The translations under genes and the position numbers were made by a program. The notes under the pieces are model-generated. The model was not told the DNA's origin. It made no database searches and saw nothing but the letters and a program-made list of their open reading frames with translations. A stretch of DNA of 64,000 nucleotides from Methanoregula sp. PtaU1.Bin051 (GTDB taxonomy: Archaea; Halobacteriota; Methanomicrobia; Methanomicrobiales; Methanospirillaceae): the NCBI GenBank assembly GCA_002067895.1, contig MVRE01000007.1, positions 9,149-73,148 on the forward strand, in the 5' to 3' direction. This document shows positions 26,404-35,641 of the stretch, piece after piece. Positions within the stretch are counted from its first letter, which is position 1. Each line of letters starts with the position of its first letter.

Positions 26404-26427
26404 AAAAAAATTTCCGGAAATTTTCAC
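26404..26427 (-). repeat. GTGAAAATTTCCGGAAATTTTTTT box (right copy, inverted)
   Basis: Reverse complement of aaaaaaatttccggaaattttcac. Pairs with 24677-24700. Confidence 0.55.
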
Positions 26428-26567
26428 TCATCACTGCGTGCCCGCCCCAAAAAATAACTCTTTTCCCAGCCACTTCTTCCATACCCTCACTTCCCCTGAT
26501 CAGAGAGTTTTTCATATCCCAAGCGGACATAATAGATACCAATTCAAGGTATCTCAGGTGAGGTAGA

Positions 26568-27893
26568 ATGATAAAGTGCCCGCATTGCGGAATCGAGATC
26601 AGGGATACGACGACGGTCTGCATGTACTGCGGCGGGAAGATCCAACAGCGCAAGGGCACAGCACATCTCCCGACAGGAAAGGATACCGATGCCGTCGGTT
26701 CCCGCGCCAAGGCTCCCGCTTCAAAACGGGCTGGCGTTTCCTCGGATGAGGAGGACGAGGAAGAGGAGGAGCGCGGCCCATCCTATTTTCTCGAGTCCGG
26801 CGAACAGATCCTGATCGGATCGTTAAATGTCATGGTCAAGAAACTCTACTTCAACGCTTACCTCACCAACAAGCGGATCTTCTTAATCGATACCGCGGAA
26901 AAGAAGCTCAAGGCCACGTCAAAGGATATCCCGCTGGACACGATCAAGGGAAGCATTGTCGAGTTCTCAGAGAACTCCGACCCCGTTCTCGTCCTCTCCA
27001 TCCAGTCCGCCGCCGATGAAGAGACCAGAGCCATGAAACTGGTCTTTGCAGGTGACGGCATGGACCGGTCCAGCGAGATCGACGAGTGGGTCGAGCTCCT
27101 CAACGAGCAGGCCGAGCAGCCGGTAAAACAGAGGAAACCCCTTGCAAGAAAAGCACCTGCACCCGTAATGGAAGAAGAAGAGGAAGAACCCCGTGCACCG
27201 CTGCGGAAGCCGGAACCGGTCCGGCAGGAGATCCACCCTGCGAGGCGGCCTGTAAAAGGGCATGAGAAGCAGCCCCCTGTAAAACGGCTGCTCACCGTCG
27301 ACCATGTCAGACCTGCAGAGGAAGAGCCGGAAGAGGAGAGACCGGTCAGACGGCAGGTAAAATATCCCGCCACGGAGGAAGCCGGCAGGAAAGCCCCCGT
27401 GCAGCTGACGGGTTACCGGGAGATAACACCCGGCCGTGAACCGGCAAAGCCGGTGCGGAAGGTCGAAGTACATTCGGCGGTCAAAGGGGCGTTGCAGGGG
27501 ACAGTTACAACGGCAAGGCAGACTGCTGACAGGGCAAAGGCCCAGCCGGTCCCGTCAGGAAAACCCGTCTTCATCGAGCCCGAGGATGAGGAGGCAGCGC
27601 CTGTTGAGGAAGAGCCGGTCACGGCCAGGGAGCCTGGCGGTGAGGAGGCTGCAGCCCCGCTCTTCTGCCAGAACTGCGGCAAGAAACTACCGGGATCCGC
27701 CAACTTCTGTCCCGGATGCGGCACCAAAATATCGGCGAGCCATGAAAAAAAACACATGGTAAAACCCCATGTAAAGAGCATTAATAAGCATGAGGAGCCG
27801 GCCCCGGCGCAGGAGAAGCCGGAGCACCGGCCGGCAAAGAAGGCGCCGAAGGGAAGCGAACTGACGATCCTCCACAAATTCCTGCGCCGCTGA
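26568..27893 (+). CDS. zinc-ribbon / PH(GRAM)-like / disordered Glu-Pro-rich / zinc-ribbon protein
   Basis: CPHCG...CMYCG at the N-terminus. LYFNAYLTNKRIFLID is a GRAM/PH-like core. ~230 aa of E/P/K/R-rich linker. CQNCG...CPGCG near the C-terminus. GGTGA Shine-Dalgarno-like sequence upstream. Confidence 0.7.
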   Translation: MIKCPHCGIEIRDTTTVCMYCGGKIQQRKGTAHLPTGKDTDAVGSRAKAPASKRAGVSSDEEDEEEEERGPSYFLESGEQILIGSLNVMVKKLYFNAYLTNKRIFLIDTAEKKLKATSKDIPLDTIKGSIVEFSENSDPVLVLSIQSAADEETRAMKLVFAGDGMDRSSEIDEWVELLNEQAEQPVKQRKPLARKAPAPVMEEEEEEPRAPLRKPEPVRQEIHPARRPVKGHEKQPPVKRLLTVDHVRPAEEEPEEERPVRRQVKYPATEEAGRKAPVQLTGYREITPGREPAKPVRKVEVHSAVKGALQGTVTTARQTADRAKAQPVPSGKPVFIEPEDEEAAPVEEEPVTAREPGGEEAAAPLFCQNCGKKLPGSANFCPGCGTKISASHEKKHMVKPHVKSINKHEEPAPAQEKPEHRPAKKAPKGSELTILHKFLRR

Positions 27894-28015
27894 ATCCTCC
27901 CACCCCGTTTCTCCCGTCTTAAAAACAATCTCTTTACCGGTCTTTTGTAAGACAACCGTTATATGACATCCAGTCCCTTGTATTAGTACGACTGAGTAAC
28001 CGTTAGAGGAACGCA

Positions 28016-29218
28016 ATGAAACGCAATATCAGGGTCGAAGCCCTCGACCAGATCCCACTCGAAAAACAGCAGATTGAACTTGTTGAACGCAAATGCCTCG
28101 GCCACCCCGACAGTATCGCAGATGGTATCGCAGAAGCAATAAGCCGGGCGCTCTGCCGGGAATACCTCGAGGACTTTGGCGCAGTACTCCACCACAACAC
28201 GGACCAGGGCGAGATTGTCGCCGGCGAGTCCATGCCGAAATTCGGCGGTGGAAAAGTGCTGCGCCCAATCTTCGTCCTGATCGATGGCAGGGCAACGAAG
28301 ATGTTCAACGGTGTCCCGATCGCGACCGATGCGATAGCTGTCGAAGCAACACGCGAATATTTCCGCAAGCACTTCAGGACGCTCAACCTCGACCGTGATA
28401 TCATCATGGACTGCAGGCTCGGTACAGGCTCGACGGACCTCCGCGACGTCTTCAAGCCTCAAAACGGGAGGATCCCCCGGGCGAACGATACATCATTCGG
28501 TGTCGGTCACGCTCCGTTTTCAGATGTCGAGAATATCATCATGGGCGTGTCCGACTATATCGATGACAAGCTGAGACCAAAATTTCCGGCGATCGGGCAG
28601 GACATCAAGATCATGGGCCTGCGTGACGGCAATACAATCATCCTCACTGTCGCCTGCGCTGTCGTAGATAAGTACTGTGCCGACATCCACCAGTATACCG
28701 AGTATATGGAGCTCCTAAGGAAGGAGATAGCAAAAGTCGCACAAAAGAAGACAAAGCGCAAGGTTGTTGTCCATCTAAACACAGCAGATGATATCAAAAA
28801 CGAGAGCGTGTACCTGACGGTTACCGGGACTTCTGCCGAGATGGGCGATGACGGGTCCGTAGGCAGGGGGAACCGGTGCAACGGCCTTATCACCCCCAAC
28901 CGCCCGATGAGCATGGAGGCAACCAGCGGAAAGAACCCGATCAACCACATCGGGAAGATCTACAACCTGCTCTCCACGCAGATCGCAAACGACTGTGTTG
29001 CGAAGGTAGAGGGTATCGACGAGATGTATATCCGCCTCCTCTCCCAGATCGGCCAGCCCATTGACCGCCCGCTGGTCGCAAGCGTGCAGGTGCTCCCCTG
29101 CCCCGGTTACAAACTGTCCAAGATGAAAGGCGATATCGAAGTAATCGTTGACGACCATCTCGCAAACGTGACCAGCATCACCGAGAAGGTAATCCGTGGT
29201 CAGCTTAAGACCTTCTGA
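28016..29218 (+). CDS. mat: archaeal-type S-adenosylmethionine synthetase
   Basis: ERKCLGHPDSIADGIAEAISRALCREY and 400 aa, typical of archaeal MAT. Confidence 0.9.
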   Translation: MKRNIRVEALDQIPLEKQQIELVERKCLGHPDSIADGIAEAISRALCREYLEDFGAVLHHNTDQGEIVAGESMPKFGGGKVLRPIFVLIDGRATKMFNGVPIATDAIAVEATREYFRKHFRTLNLDRDIIMDCRLGTGSTDLRDVFKPQNGRIPRANDTSFGVGHAPFSDVENIIMGVSDYIDDKLRPKFPAIGQDIKIMGLRDGNTIILTVACAVVDKYCADIHQYTEYMELLRKEIAKVAQKKTKRKVVVHLNTADDIKNESVYLTVTGTSAEMGDDGSVGRGNRCNGLITPNRPMSMEATSGKNPINHIGKIYNLLSTQIANDCVAKVEGIDEMYIRLLSQIGQPIDRPLVASVQVLPCPGYKLSKMKGDIEVIVDDHLANVTSITEKVIRGQLKTF

Positions 29219-29276
29219 GAAGAAAAAGAGAGGCGCAAAAAAACCGGCACCGGGTGGCAGACCCCGTCCTTCGTCC

Positions 29277-30137
29277 ATGATCCGGCTTGCGGTTCCCAAC
29301 AAGGGCAGGATCGCAGCGCCGGTCATGGACCTGCTTGAAAAGAGCGGTCTCCATGTCCCGGAGAGCGGAGGTGATCGCCGGCTTATAACGAAAACACTCG
29401 ACCCCCATGTCGAGATCCTCTTTGCAAGGCCCGTCGACATACCGGAGTACGTGGCAACGGGGGCGGCTGATCTCGGGATCACCGGTCACGATATGGTCGT
29501 CGAACGGGGATCGGATGTAGCAGAACTCCTCGACCTGAAGATCGGCAGGGCAACGCTGGTATTAGCCGTCCACGAGGATTCAGCAGTTGCATCCGTTTAC
29601 GGGCTCTCCGGGTCGAAGGTTGCTACGGAATTTCCTGCTATCACGAAGCAATACTTTACCGCGAGAAACGTTGACGTCAGCATCGTGCGGGTCGGTGGCG
29701 CCTGCGAGGCGACCCCCCACCTTGGGATCGCGGACGCGATCGTTGACCTGTCAAGCTCGGGCACGACGCTAAAGACCCACCGGCTCCGGGTGGTCGAGGA
29801 GATCCTTCCATCGAGCACGTTCCTCATCGCAAACAGGGAATCGCTTACAGAAAAACAGGAGAAGATCGACGAGATCCTGCTGGCCCTCGAGAGCGTGGTC
29901 CGGGCGAAGGGGCAGTGTTACCTGATGATGAACGTTCCCCGGTCCTGCCTTGGTGCCGTAAAGAAGGTACTCCCCGGCCTCTCCGGGCCAACCGTCATGG
30001 ACGTAGCCTCGAGCGAAGACCTCGTTGCTGTCCATGCAGTTGTCTCGGAAGAGCGTGTCTATGCGCTGATCAACGCCCTCAAGCGGGCAGGGGCAAAGGA
30101 TATCCTCGTGATGGCGATCCAGCGGATGATCCGCTGA
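29277..30137 (+). CDS. hisG: ATP phosphoribosyltransferase
   Basis: MIRLAVPNKGRI N-terminus and DLSSSGTTL signature. ATG at 29277. Confidence 0.85.
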   Translation: MIRLAVPNKGRIAAPVMDLLEKSGLHVPESGGDRRLITKTLDPHVEILFARPVDIPEYVATGAADLGITGHDMVVERGSDVAELLDLKIGRATLVLAVHEDSAVASVYGLSGSKVATEFPAITKQYFTARNVDVSIVRVGGACEATPHLGIADAIVDLSSSGTTLKTHRLRVVEEILPSSTFLIANRESLTEKQEKIDEILLALESVVRAKGQCYLMMNVPRSCLGAVKKVLPGLSGPTVMDVASSEDLVAVHAVVSEERVYALINALKRAGAKDILVMAIQRMIR

Positions 30138-30146
30138 CAATAGCAT

Positions 30147-30857
30147 ATGAGAATTTTTCCAGCTGTTGACATTCTGGACGGGCGGTGCGTGCAGCTCGTG
30201 CAGGGGAAGCGCGAGAGCGCGACGGCCTATGGTGAGCCGCTTGCCTGTGCAAAGCGCTGGATCCGCGAAGGGGCCGACGCCCTCCACGTGATCAACCTTG
30301 ACGGGGCTTTCGGGGCTTCACAGAAGAACGCAGGGCTGATCAAGGACATCATTGCAAAGACCGGCATCGAGATCCAGCTGGGCGGCGGGATCCGTTCGGT
30401 TAAGGATGCGTCGGGCTGGCTGGAAACCGGTGTCTCCCGGGTCATCCTCGGGACGGCAGCGACAACAAACCCCGAGATCATACGTACCCTTGCTGACGAA
30501 TTCGGGGAAAAGCGGGTGATGGCCGGCATTGATGCAAAGGGCGGGCAGATCGCGGTTGACGGCTGGCAGAGGACTGCCGGTGATGTGATTTCATGGGTGA
30601 AGCGGTTCGAAATGCTTGGCGCGGGATCGTTCCTCTACACCAACGTGGATGTGGAAGGGTTGCAGCAGGGCGTAGCGTTCGGACCGGTCAGGAAGGTTAT
30701 TGATGCTGCGAGACGACCGGTGGTTGTTGCCGGTGGCGTGAGCAGTGTCGCTGACGTAACGGGGCTTAAGGAGGCAGGAGCATGCGGTGCGGTGCTCGGC
30801 TCCGCCCTCTATGCCGGAAAGATAACGCTGAAGGAGGCGCAGGAAGCTTGCAGATGA
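30147..30857 (+). CDS. hisA: ProFAR isomerase (HisA)
   Basis: [18 protein letters not shown] and TNVDVEGL (beta/alpha)8 HisA motifs. Confidence 0.85.
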   Translation: MRIFPAVDILDGRCVQLVQGKRESATAYGEPLACAKRWIREGADALHVINLDGAFGASQKNAGLIKDIIAKTGIEIQLGGGIRSVKDASGWLETGVSRVILGTAATTNPEIIRTLADEFGEKRVMAGIDAKGGQIAVDGWQRTAGDVISWVKRFEMLGAGSFLYTNVDVEGLQQGVAFGPVRKVIDAARRPVVVAGGVSSVADVTGLKEAGACGAVLGSALYAGKITLKEAQEACR

Positions 30858-31432
30858 GGAAGGTTCAGCTGGAACGGAAGACAAAAGAGACGGACATCAG
30901 GCTTACGCTGAACATCGATGGTTCGGGAAAAGTGACCGTAAGGACCGGCATCCCGTTCTTTGACCACATGCTGCACGCGATGGCTAAGCACGGCGGTTTC
31001 GACATGAAGTGCACCGTTACGGGCGATCTCAGCGTTGACTGCCACCACACGGTCGAAGATACCGGCATCGTTCTCGGTGACGCGATCCGGCAGGTTATCG
31101 CTGAAGGCAGGGGAATCCGGCGGTTCGCCCATGCGATCATCCCGATGGATGAAGCACTCGCACAGGTCGCGCTCGACTGCGGGGGACGTGGCTACCTTGT
31201 GTACGACGGTACGTTCAACGGCGCATCGGTTGGCGGTATCCAGAGCGATGTCTTCGAACATTTCTTTTATTCCCTCTGCACGAACGCAGGCATCACCGCC
31301 CACATCATGTTTACGGGGCGAAACGACCACCACCAGTGCGAGGCGGCCTTCAAGGCGTTCGGCATCGCTCTCGCCGGTGCCCTCTCCCCCTCTGGCAGGA
31401 AGGGCGTACCCAGCACGAAGGGACGGCTGTAA
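30854..31432 (+). CDS. hisB: imidazoleglycerol-phosphate dehydratase
   Basis: [20 protein letters not shown] and [13 protein letters not shown] motifs. ATGA overlap with hisA. Confidence 0.88.
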   Translation: MRKVQLERKTKETDIRLTLNIDGSGKVTVRTGIPFFDHMLHAMAKHGGFDMKCTVTGDLSVDCHHTVEDTGIVLGDAIRQVIAEGRGIRRFAHAIIPMDEALAQVALDCGGRGYLVYDGTFNGASVGGIQSDVFEHFFYSLCTNAGITAHIMFTGRNDHHQCEAAFKAFGIALAGALSPSGRKGVPSTKGRL

Positions 31433-31515
31433 CCGGTCTTCCTCCTTCTTGTTATTATCCGCGTGAGTAAACGGAAGATCCGGTAGCCGGAAAAATACGC
31501 TGAGTATCGTTAAGG

Positions 31516-31530
31516 GGGAGAAAAAAGAGT
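31516..31530 (-). terminator. Oligo-T run after the histone gene
   Basis: Minus strand reads CTCTTTTTTCTCCCCC just 3' of the stop at 31535. Confidence 0.4.
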
Positions 31531-31534
31531 TGAT

Positions 31535-31738
31535 TTAAGACTTTGCTGCCAGGTCAACGTCTTCTTTCTTGATCGTCTTTCTGCCCGCGTGCTCGGCAAG
31601 CTTGTTGGATTCCTTGGTGAGCTGGGCTATGTACTTCTCTGCCTTGATTACAAGTGCTTCAGCTGCATCGCTGCCGACACGCTCCGCACCATTTTTCTTG
31701 GCAATGCGAACAACTGCCGCAATGGGTAAATCTGCCAT
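31535..31738 (-). CDS. archaeal histone (HMf-like, 67 aa)
   Basis: MADLPIAAVVRIAKKNGAERVGSDAAEAL...AGRKTIKKEDVDLA histone fold. ATG at 31738. Confidence 0.9.
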   Translation of the reverse strand: MADLPIAAVVRIAKKNGAERVGSDAAEALVIKAEKYIAQLTKESNKLAEHAGRKTIKKEDVDLAAKS

Positions 31739-31770
31739 GTATAATACCTCAAAAAAGAAGTATATCGGTA

Positions 31771-31780
31771 GATATAAATA
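31771..31780 (-). promoter_or_regulatory. TATA-box candidate for the histone gene (TATTTATATC on minus strand)
   Basis: Lies 33-42 nt upstream of the ATG at 31738. Confidence 0.4.
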
Positions 31781-31934
31781 CTTTCTGGGAAAGAACCGCA
31801 AATTACCCTCCAAAAGATTATCGGAAGGCACTTCATCGGATTATTTGAAAACGCGCGGCAAAATTTCGCAGAATATTTTTTATTTTGTTTTACGTGAACA
31901 ATTAAAAAAAATACCGGTTTTATTGGGATTTTAA

Positions 31935-32699
31935 TCAATCCAAGAGCGCAGCAGCGAGCTTGAGCGCATTGGTGTAATCCGGTGAGGCGCGCGAGGTATC
32001 CACAAAGATTCTGCTGATATTCAGCACCGGCGCCCCGTGCCCGTGCCCGGCTCCAAGTAACGTGAGTGTACGGAAGATCAGGTTTCCGGAAATGCCGTCC
32101 GGCGCTATCACGAGCCCGCAGGTCTCAACCGCATCTTCGATTAAGATCTCGCAGTGCTCCGAGCCCGTAAGCTTTGCGATGAGCTCTGCCTCCGCCATGC
32201 TGGCATCAACCTGCCGGTGCCGGCCCACGTCCCCGAGTCTTCCGCCGGAGAGGACACCGGTCTTCTCTGAAAGGCCAACTTTTTTAGCGATATCCTTCCC
32301 ACGGCGGATCAGTTCCAGCTTCTCAGCAACAGTCCAGCCCTCGTCAACCCCGACCGGAGCCAGGAAGAATTTCTTCCCGCCAGCGGTCTCCAAAAGCGCA
32401 ATCCGTTCGAGGTGATCGACCCCCGCAGATCTCTTGAGCGCACGCAGCGTATCGTTTGCGGGGAGCGTGCCCCTGACGGCTGCATCGATTCGCCCGGCCA
32501 TCAGATCGGCGACCAGCACTTCGTGCGGATCCGGATGAGCGGTAATCCTGACGCCGGCACGGACGGAATGTATCCCCGGTATATCCGGCCTGCAATAGCA
32601 GATAACCTCTGCGCTTCCGGCAATGGCTTCTGCACTCCTGATGACCTTCTGAGCATCCCCGCCTATCCCGATCCCGATCGTCCTTACCGGAGCCGGCAT
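31935..32699 (-). CDS. MtxX-like / methanogenesis marker protein 4 (PTA-fold) candidate
   Basis: ~254 aa with the glycine-rich IGIGIGG start typical of MtxX-family proteins. Adjacent to marker 2. Family recalled from memory. Confidence 0.55.
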   Translation of the reverse strand: MPAPVRTIGIGIGGDAQKVIRSAEAIAGSAEVICYCRPDIPGIHSVRAGVRITAHPDPHEVLVADLMAGRIDAAVRGTLPANDTLRALKRSAGVDHLERIALLETAGGKKFFLAPVGVDEGWTVAEKLELIRRGKDIAKKVGLSEKTGVLSGGRLGDVGRHRQVDASMAEAELIAKLTGSEHCEILIEDAVETCGLVIAPDGISGNLIFRTLTLLGAGHGHGAPVLNISRIFVDTSRASPDYTNALKLAAALLD

Positions 32700-33661
32700 G
32701 GGATCTCATCCTTCAGGATGTGCATGATGCCGTTGTTGATAAAATCGAAGACCTCGGTATTGTCTCCCTTGTAGCGCACAGTGAGGTGCTGCGTCGTATC
32801 GACCGTACCAATCTTACGGGCCTCCATACCGACCGATGCGAACCGACGGATAAGTTCCGGAACGTCAGCGTCCTTTGCCGTCAGTATGAAACCCATGCCG
32901 GGATACATCCGCACCCACAGGTCGAAGGTTATGTTATGCACTGCCAGATCTGGGTGAGGGATGAGCGAGAGGTCGATGGTTCCACCTTTTCCGCTCACTT
33001 CAAGGAGCATGCCCAGTGTCCCGATGAGGCCGGGATTGCTGATGTCTTTACCGGCTGTCACGAGATGGTCGTGTGCGATCTGTTCCATGTTCCGGATCTG
33101 GGCACGGACGGCTTCCGCGGATTTCATCGTCACGGAGTCCCAGTTCAGGATGCAGGAGGGATGAACCCTTCCGTTAAGATCGATTGCGGCGACAATGGCA
33201 TCGCCTTCGCATGCCGTGTGGCTGTAAATGATTGAGTCCAGTTTTGCGCTACCGAGGATCGAGACATCAATCACGGAGTAGGGGGCATCGGGGTGGAGGT
33301 GGCCGCCGACAATCGGGACCCCGAACTGTGCCGAGGCGTCATGCATCCCTTTCACGACCTGGTCCTGGATTCGGCTGTTCTCCGTTGCCGAGAAGATATC
33401 CACCATGGCGATCGGGTGACCGCCCATTGCAGCAATGTCGTGGATATTTACGAGCACCGAACAGTATCCCGCCCAGTACGGGTCGGCTTCCATCAGCTTG
33501 CTCCAGATCCCGTCAGCAGCGAGGAGGAGGGCCTCCCCGTTATGCTCAATCACGGCGGCATCCTCGCCAAACGCCGCAAGGACGTGCGGGGCTTCTATCC
33601 TGAGGGCATTGACCATCCTGCCGATAGCGTTCTTCCTTTTTACGCCCTCGTATTCCCTCAC
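32684..33661 (-). CDS. AIR-synthase-related (PurM-fold) protein, methanogenesis marker protein 2 candidate
   Basis: PurM-like DAAV...LLAADG...NIHDIAAMGG and GKDISNPGLIGT segments. 325 aa. Confidence 0.6.
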   Translation of the reverse strand: MREYEGVKRKNAIGRMVNALRIEAPHVLAAFGEDAAVIEHNGEALLLAADGIWSKLMEADPYWAGYCSVLVNIHDIAAMGGHPIAMVDIFSATENSRIQDQVVKGMHDASAQFGVPIVGGHLHPDAPYSVIDVSILGSAKLDSIIYSHTACEGDAIVAAIDLNGRVHPSCILNWDSVTMKSAEAVRAQIRNMEQIAHDHLVTAGKDISNPGLIGTLGMLLEVSGKGGTIDLSLIPHPDLAVHNITFDLWVRMYPGMGFILTAKDADVPELIRRFASVGMEARKIGTVDTTQHLTVRYKGDNTEVFDFINNGIMHILKDEIPCRLR

Positions 33662-33799
33662 GACCTTTGCGATCGCTTCCGTTGAACAGCTCTTCTCCGT
33701 AGAAAATCACCGGTGTTTTCAGTCTTGTATACCGGATTGCGTATAGGGTATTTTTCCTCATCAGAGATAATTTATTTGATGTACCGCCAACGTGTTGGT

Positions 33800-35236
33800 A
33801 TGGACTGGGGCGAGAAGTACCGCCCCATGCACCTGCAGGATATCGTTGGCAACACTACCGTGATCCGGCAGATGGCAGCATGGGCAAAGGACTGGACTCG
33901 GCAGAGCCGGCCGCTGCTTCTCTACGGAAAGCCCGGGATAGGCAAGACCTCGAGCGCATATGCGCTCGCCCGGGATATGGGCTGGGAGGCAATCGAGCTT
34001 AACGCAAGCGACCAGCGGACTGCTGCCGTAATCGAGCGTGTTGCCGGTGCGGGGAGCACGACCGCGAGCCTGACTGGAGCGTCCCGCAAACTGATTATTC
34101 TTGATGAAGCCGATAATTTGCAGGGCACTGCTGACCGTGGGGGCGCAAGGGCGATTCTCGAATGCATCAAAGAGAGCAGGCAGCCGATGATCCTGATCGC
34201 AAACGACCTGTACGGAATCCCGCCTGAGATCCGGGCACGGTGCGATCCGCTTCAGTTCAGGGCAATTACGGCACACTCGATAGTCCCCCGCCTGAAATCC
34301 ATCTGCGCAAGCGAGCAGATTGCATGCGAGGATACCGCGATACGCCAGATTGCGGACAGCGCCGAGGGCGACATGCGGTCGGCAGTCAATATGCTTTTTG
34401 CCTCATCTGTTGGCAGGGAACATCTCGGCGATTCGCAGGTGCAGACTGCGAGGAAAGACGAACGCATCTCCATCTTTACCCTGATCTCTGCGCTTGCCGT
34501 GCGGAAGGGCGATGAGGATCTTCTCCGCCTCTCACGGGAGCTTGATGATACTCCAGAGACCATCGAACAATGGATAGAGGGCAATCTCACCCTCATCGTG
34601 CCGCCCGAAAATATAAGAGGGGCTTACCGCCACCTCTCCCGGGCTGACGAATATCTCGGGTATACCTACCGCCGGCAGTACCATACTCTCTGGCGTTATG
34701 CGACTGCACTCATGCTGCTCGGTGTCGCTGATGAGAGCGGCGGCAGGGGAATCCATGCAAGGATTATGCCGCCTGCCCGGTGGCAGAAGATGGCAGGGGC
34801 AAAGAGGCAGAAGGCGATCCGGAGTTCTGTCCTCGCCCGAGTTGCAGGCATGATGCACATCCCTTCAGCGACGCTGCACAGGGAATACTTGTCCACCATT
34901 ACCCTCCTTGTCGAAAGCGATCCTGCAGGTTTTGCAGGAGAACTGATGCTGGACGCCGACCAGCTTAACTTTTTCCTGTCAGACCGTTCAAAATCCCAGT
35001 CAGTTATCCAGAGGGTGACAAAAGCTGCAAAAGAGAGGGAGAAAGAGAAAGAGGCTTTTGAGAAGAAGGAAAAGGCTGAAAAAGCACGGGTCCGAAGAGC
35101 AGCCGAGTCCCCGCAAAAGAAGGACAATCTCCCGGATATAAATGAAATTGCATTAACGAAAGAGGCACCTGATACCGATCCTTCCGAAAAAAAGCCTCCG
35201 GCAAAGAGCCAGTCGACCCTCTTTGACGGGTTCTAG
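33800..35236 (+). CDS. rfcL: replication factor C large subunit
   Basis: WGEKYRP...VGN, Walker A GKPGIGKTS, DEAD-like ILDEADN. Acidic/basic C-terminal tail ending in a PIP-like QSTLFDGF. Confidence 0.88.
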   Translation: MDWGEKYRPMHLQDIVGNTTVIRQMAAWAKDWTRQSRPLLLYGKPGIGKTSSAYALARDMGWEAIELNASDQRTAAVIERVAGAGSTTASLTGASRKLIILDEADNLQGTADRGGARAILECIKESRQPMILIANDLYGIPPEIRARCDPLQFRAITAHSIVPRLKSICASEQIACEDTAIRQIADSAEGDMRSAVNMLFASSVGREHLGDSQVQTARKDERISIFTLISALAVRKGDEDLLRLSRELDDTPETIEQWIEGNLTLIVPPENIRGAYRHLSRADEYLGYTYRRQYHTLWRYATALMLLGVADESGGRGIHARIMPPARWQKMAGAKRQKAIRSSVLARVAGMMHIPSATLHREYLSTITLLVESDPAGFAGELMLDADQLNFFLSDRSKSQSVIQRVTKAAKEREKEKEAFEKKEKAEKARVRRAAESPQKKDNLPDINEIALTKEAPDTDPSEKKPPAKSQSTLFDGF

Positions 35237-35631
35237 GCACGGTGGTACCGGTGGAGCAGCACGCCGCAGTCGATGATCTCCCCGCCGTCACCAAAGGATT
35301 CAAAACCGAGGTGATATACGATCAGGTCGCAGGAAAGCCGTTCTGCGAGCGCAATCATCGGCGGGATCGTCTCTTCGGCCGGGCGGATGGCATACAGGAC
35401 ATCCGCCCCTTCGTAGCGGGATAGGACCGGATTAAAAATGTCATCCTGGTAAAATTCGACTCCTTCAGGCGGGAGAATATTTTTTATGTCCGTGCACCGC
35501 ATCCGTCTGCCTGCATTACGGATAATGCATGCAGATTCCATGTTCCCCCCAACCCCAATCTCGACTGGTTCTGCATAGTGGCGAGCAATGTAGTCCCCTA
35601 TACAACGCTCAATATGTTTATACCCGGCCAT
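35233..35631 (-). CDS. UPF0146-family protein
   Basis: VEIGVG...TDI...DDIFNP...YAIRPAEE pattern typical of UPF0146. ATG at 35631 gives 132 aa. Confidence 0.6.
   Translation of the reverse strand: MAGYKHIERCIGDYIARHYAEPVEIGVGGNMESACIIRNAGRRMRCTDIKNILPPEGVEFYQDDIFNPVLSRYEGADVLYAIRPAEETIPPMIALAERLSCDLIVYHLGFESFGDGGEIIDCGVLLHRYHRA
35617..35622 (+). promoter_or_regulatory. TTTATA box about 20-25 nt upstream of the amzA ATG, inside the UPF0146 coding sequence
   Basis: Read directly. Spacing implies a leaderless or near-leaderless mRNA. Confidence 0.4.
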
Positions 35632-35641
35632 CCAAAAGATC

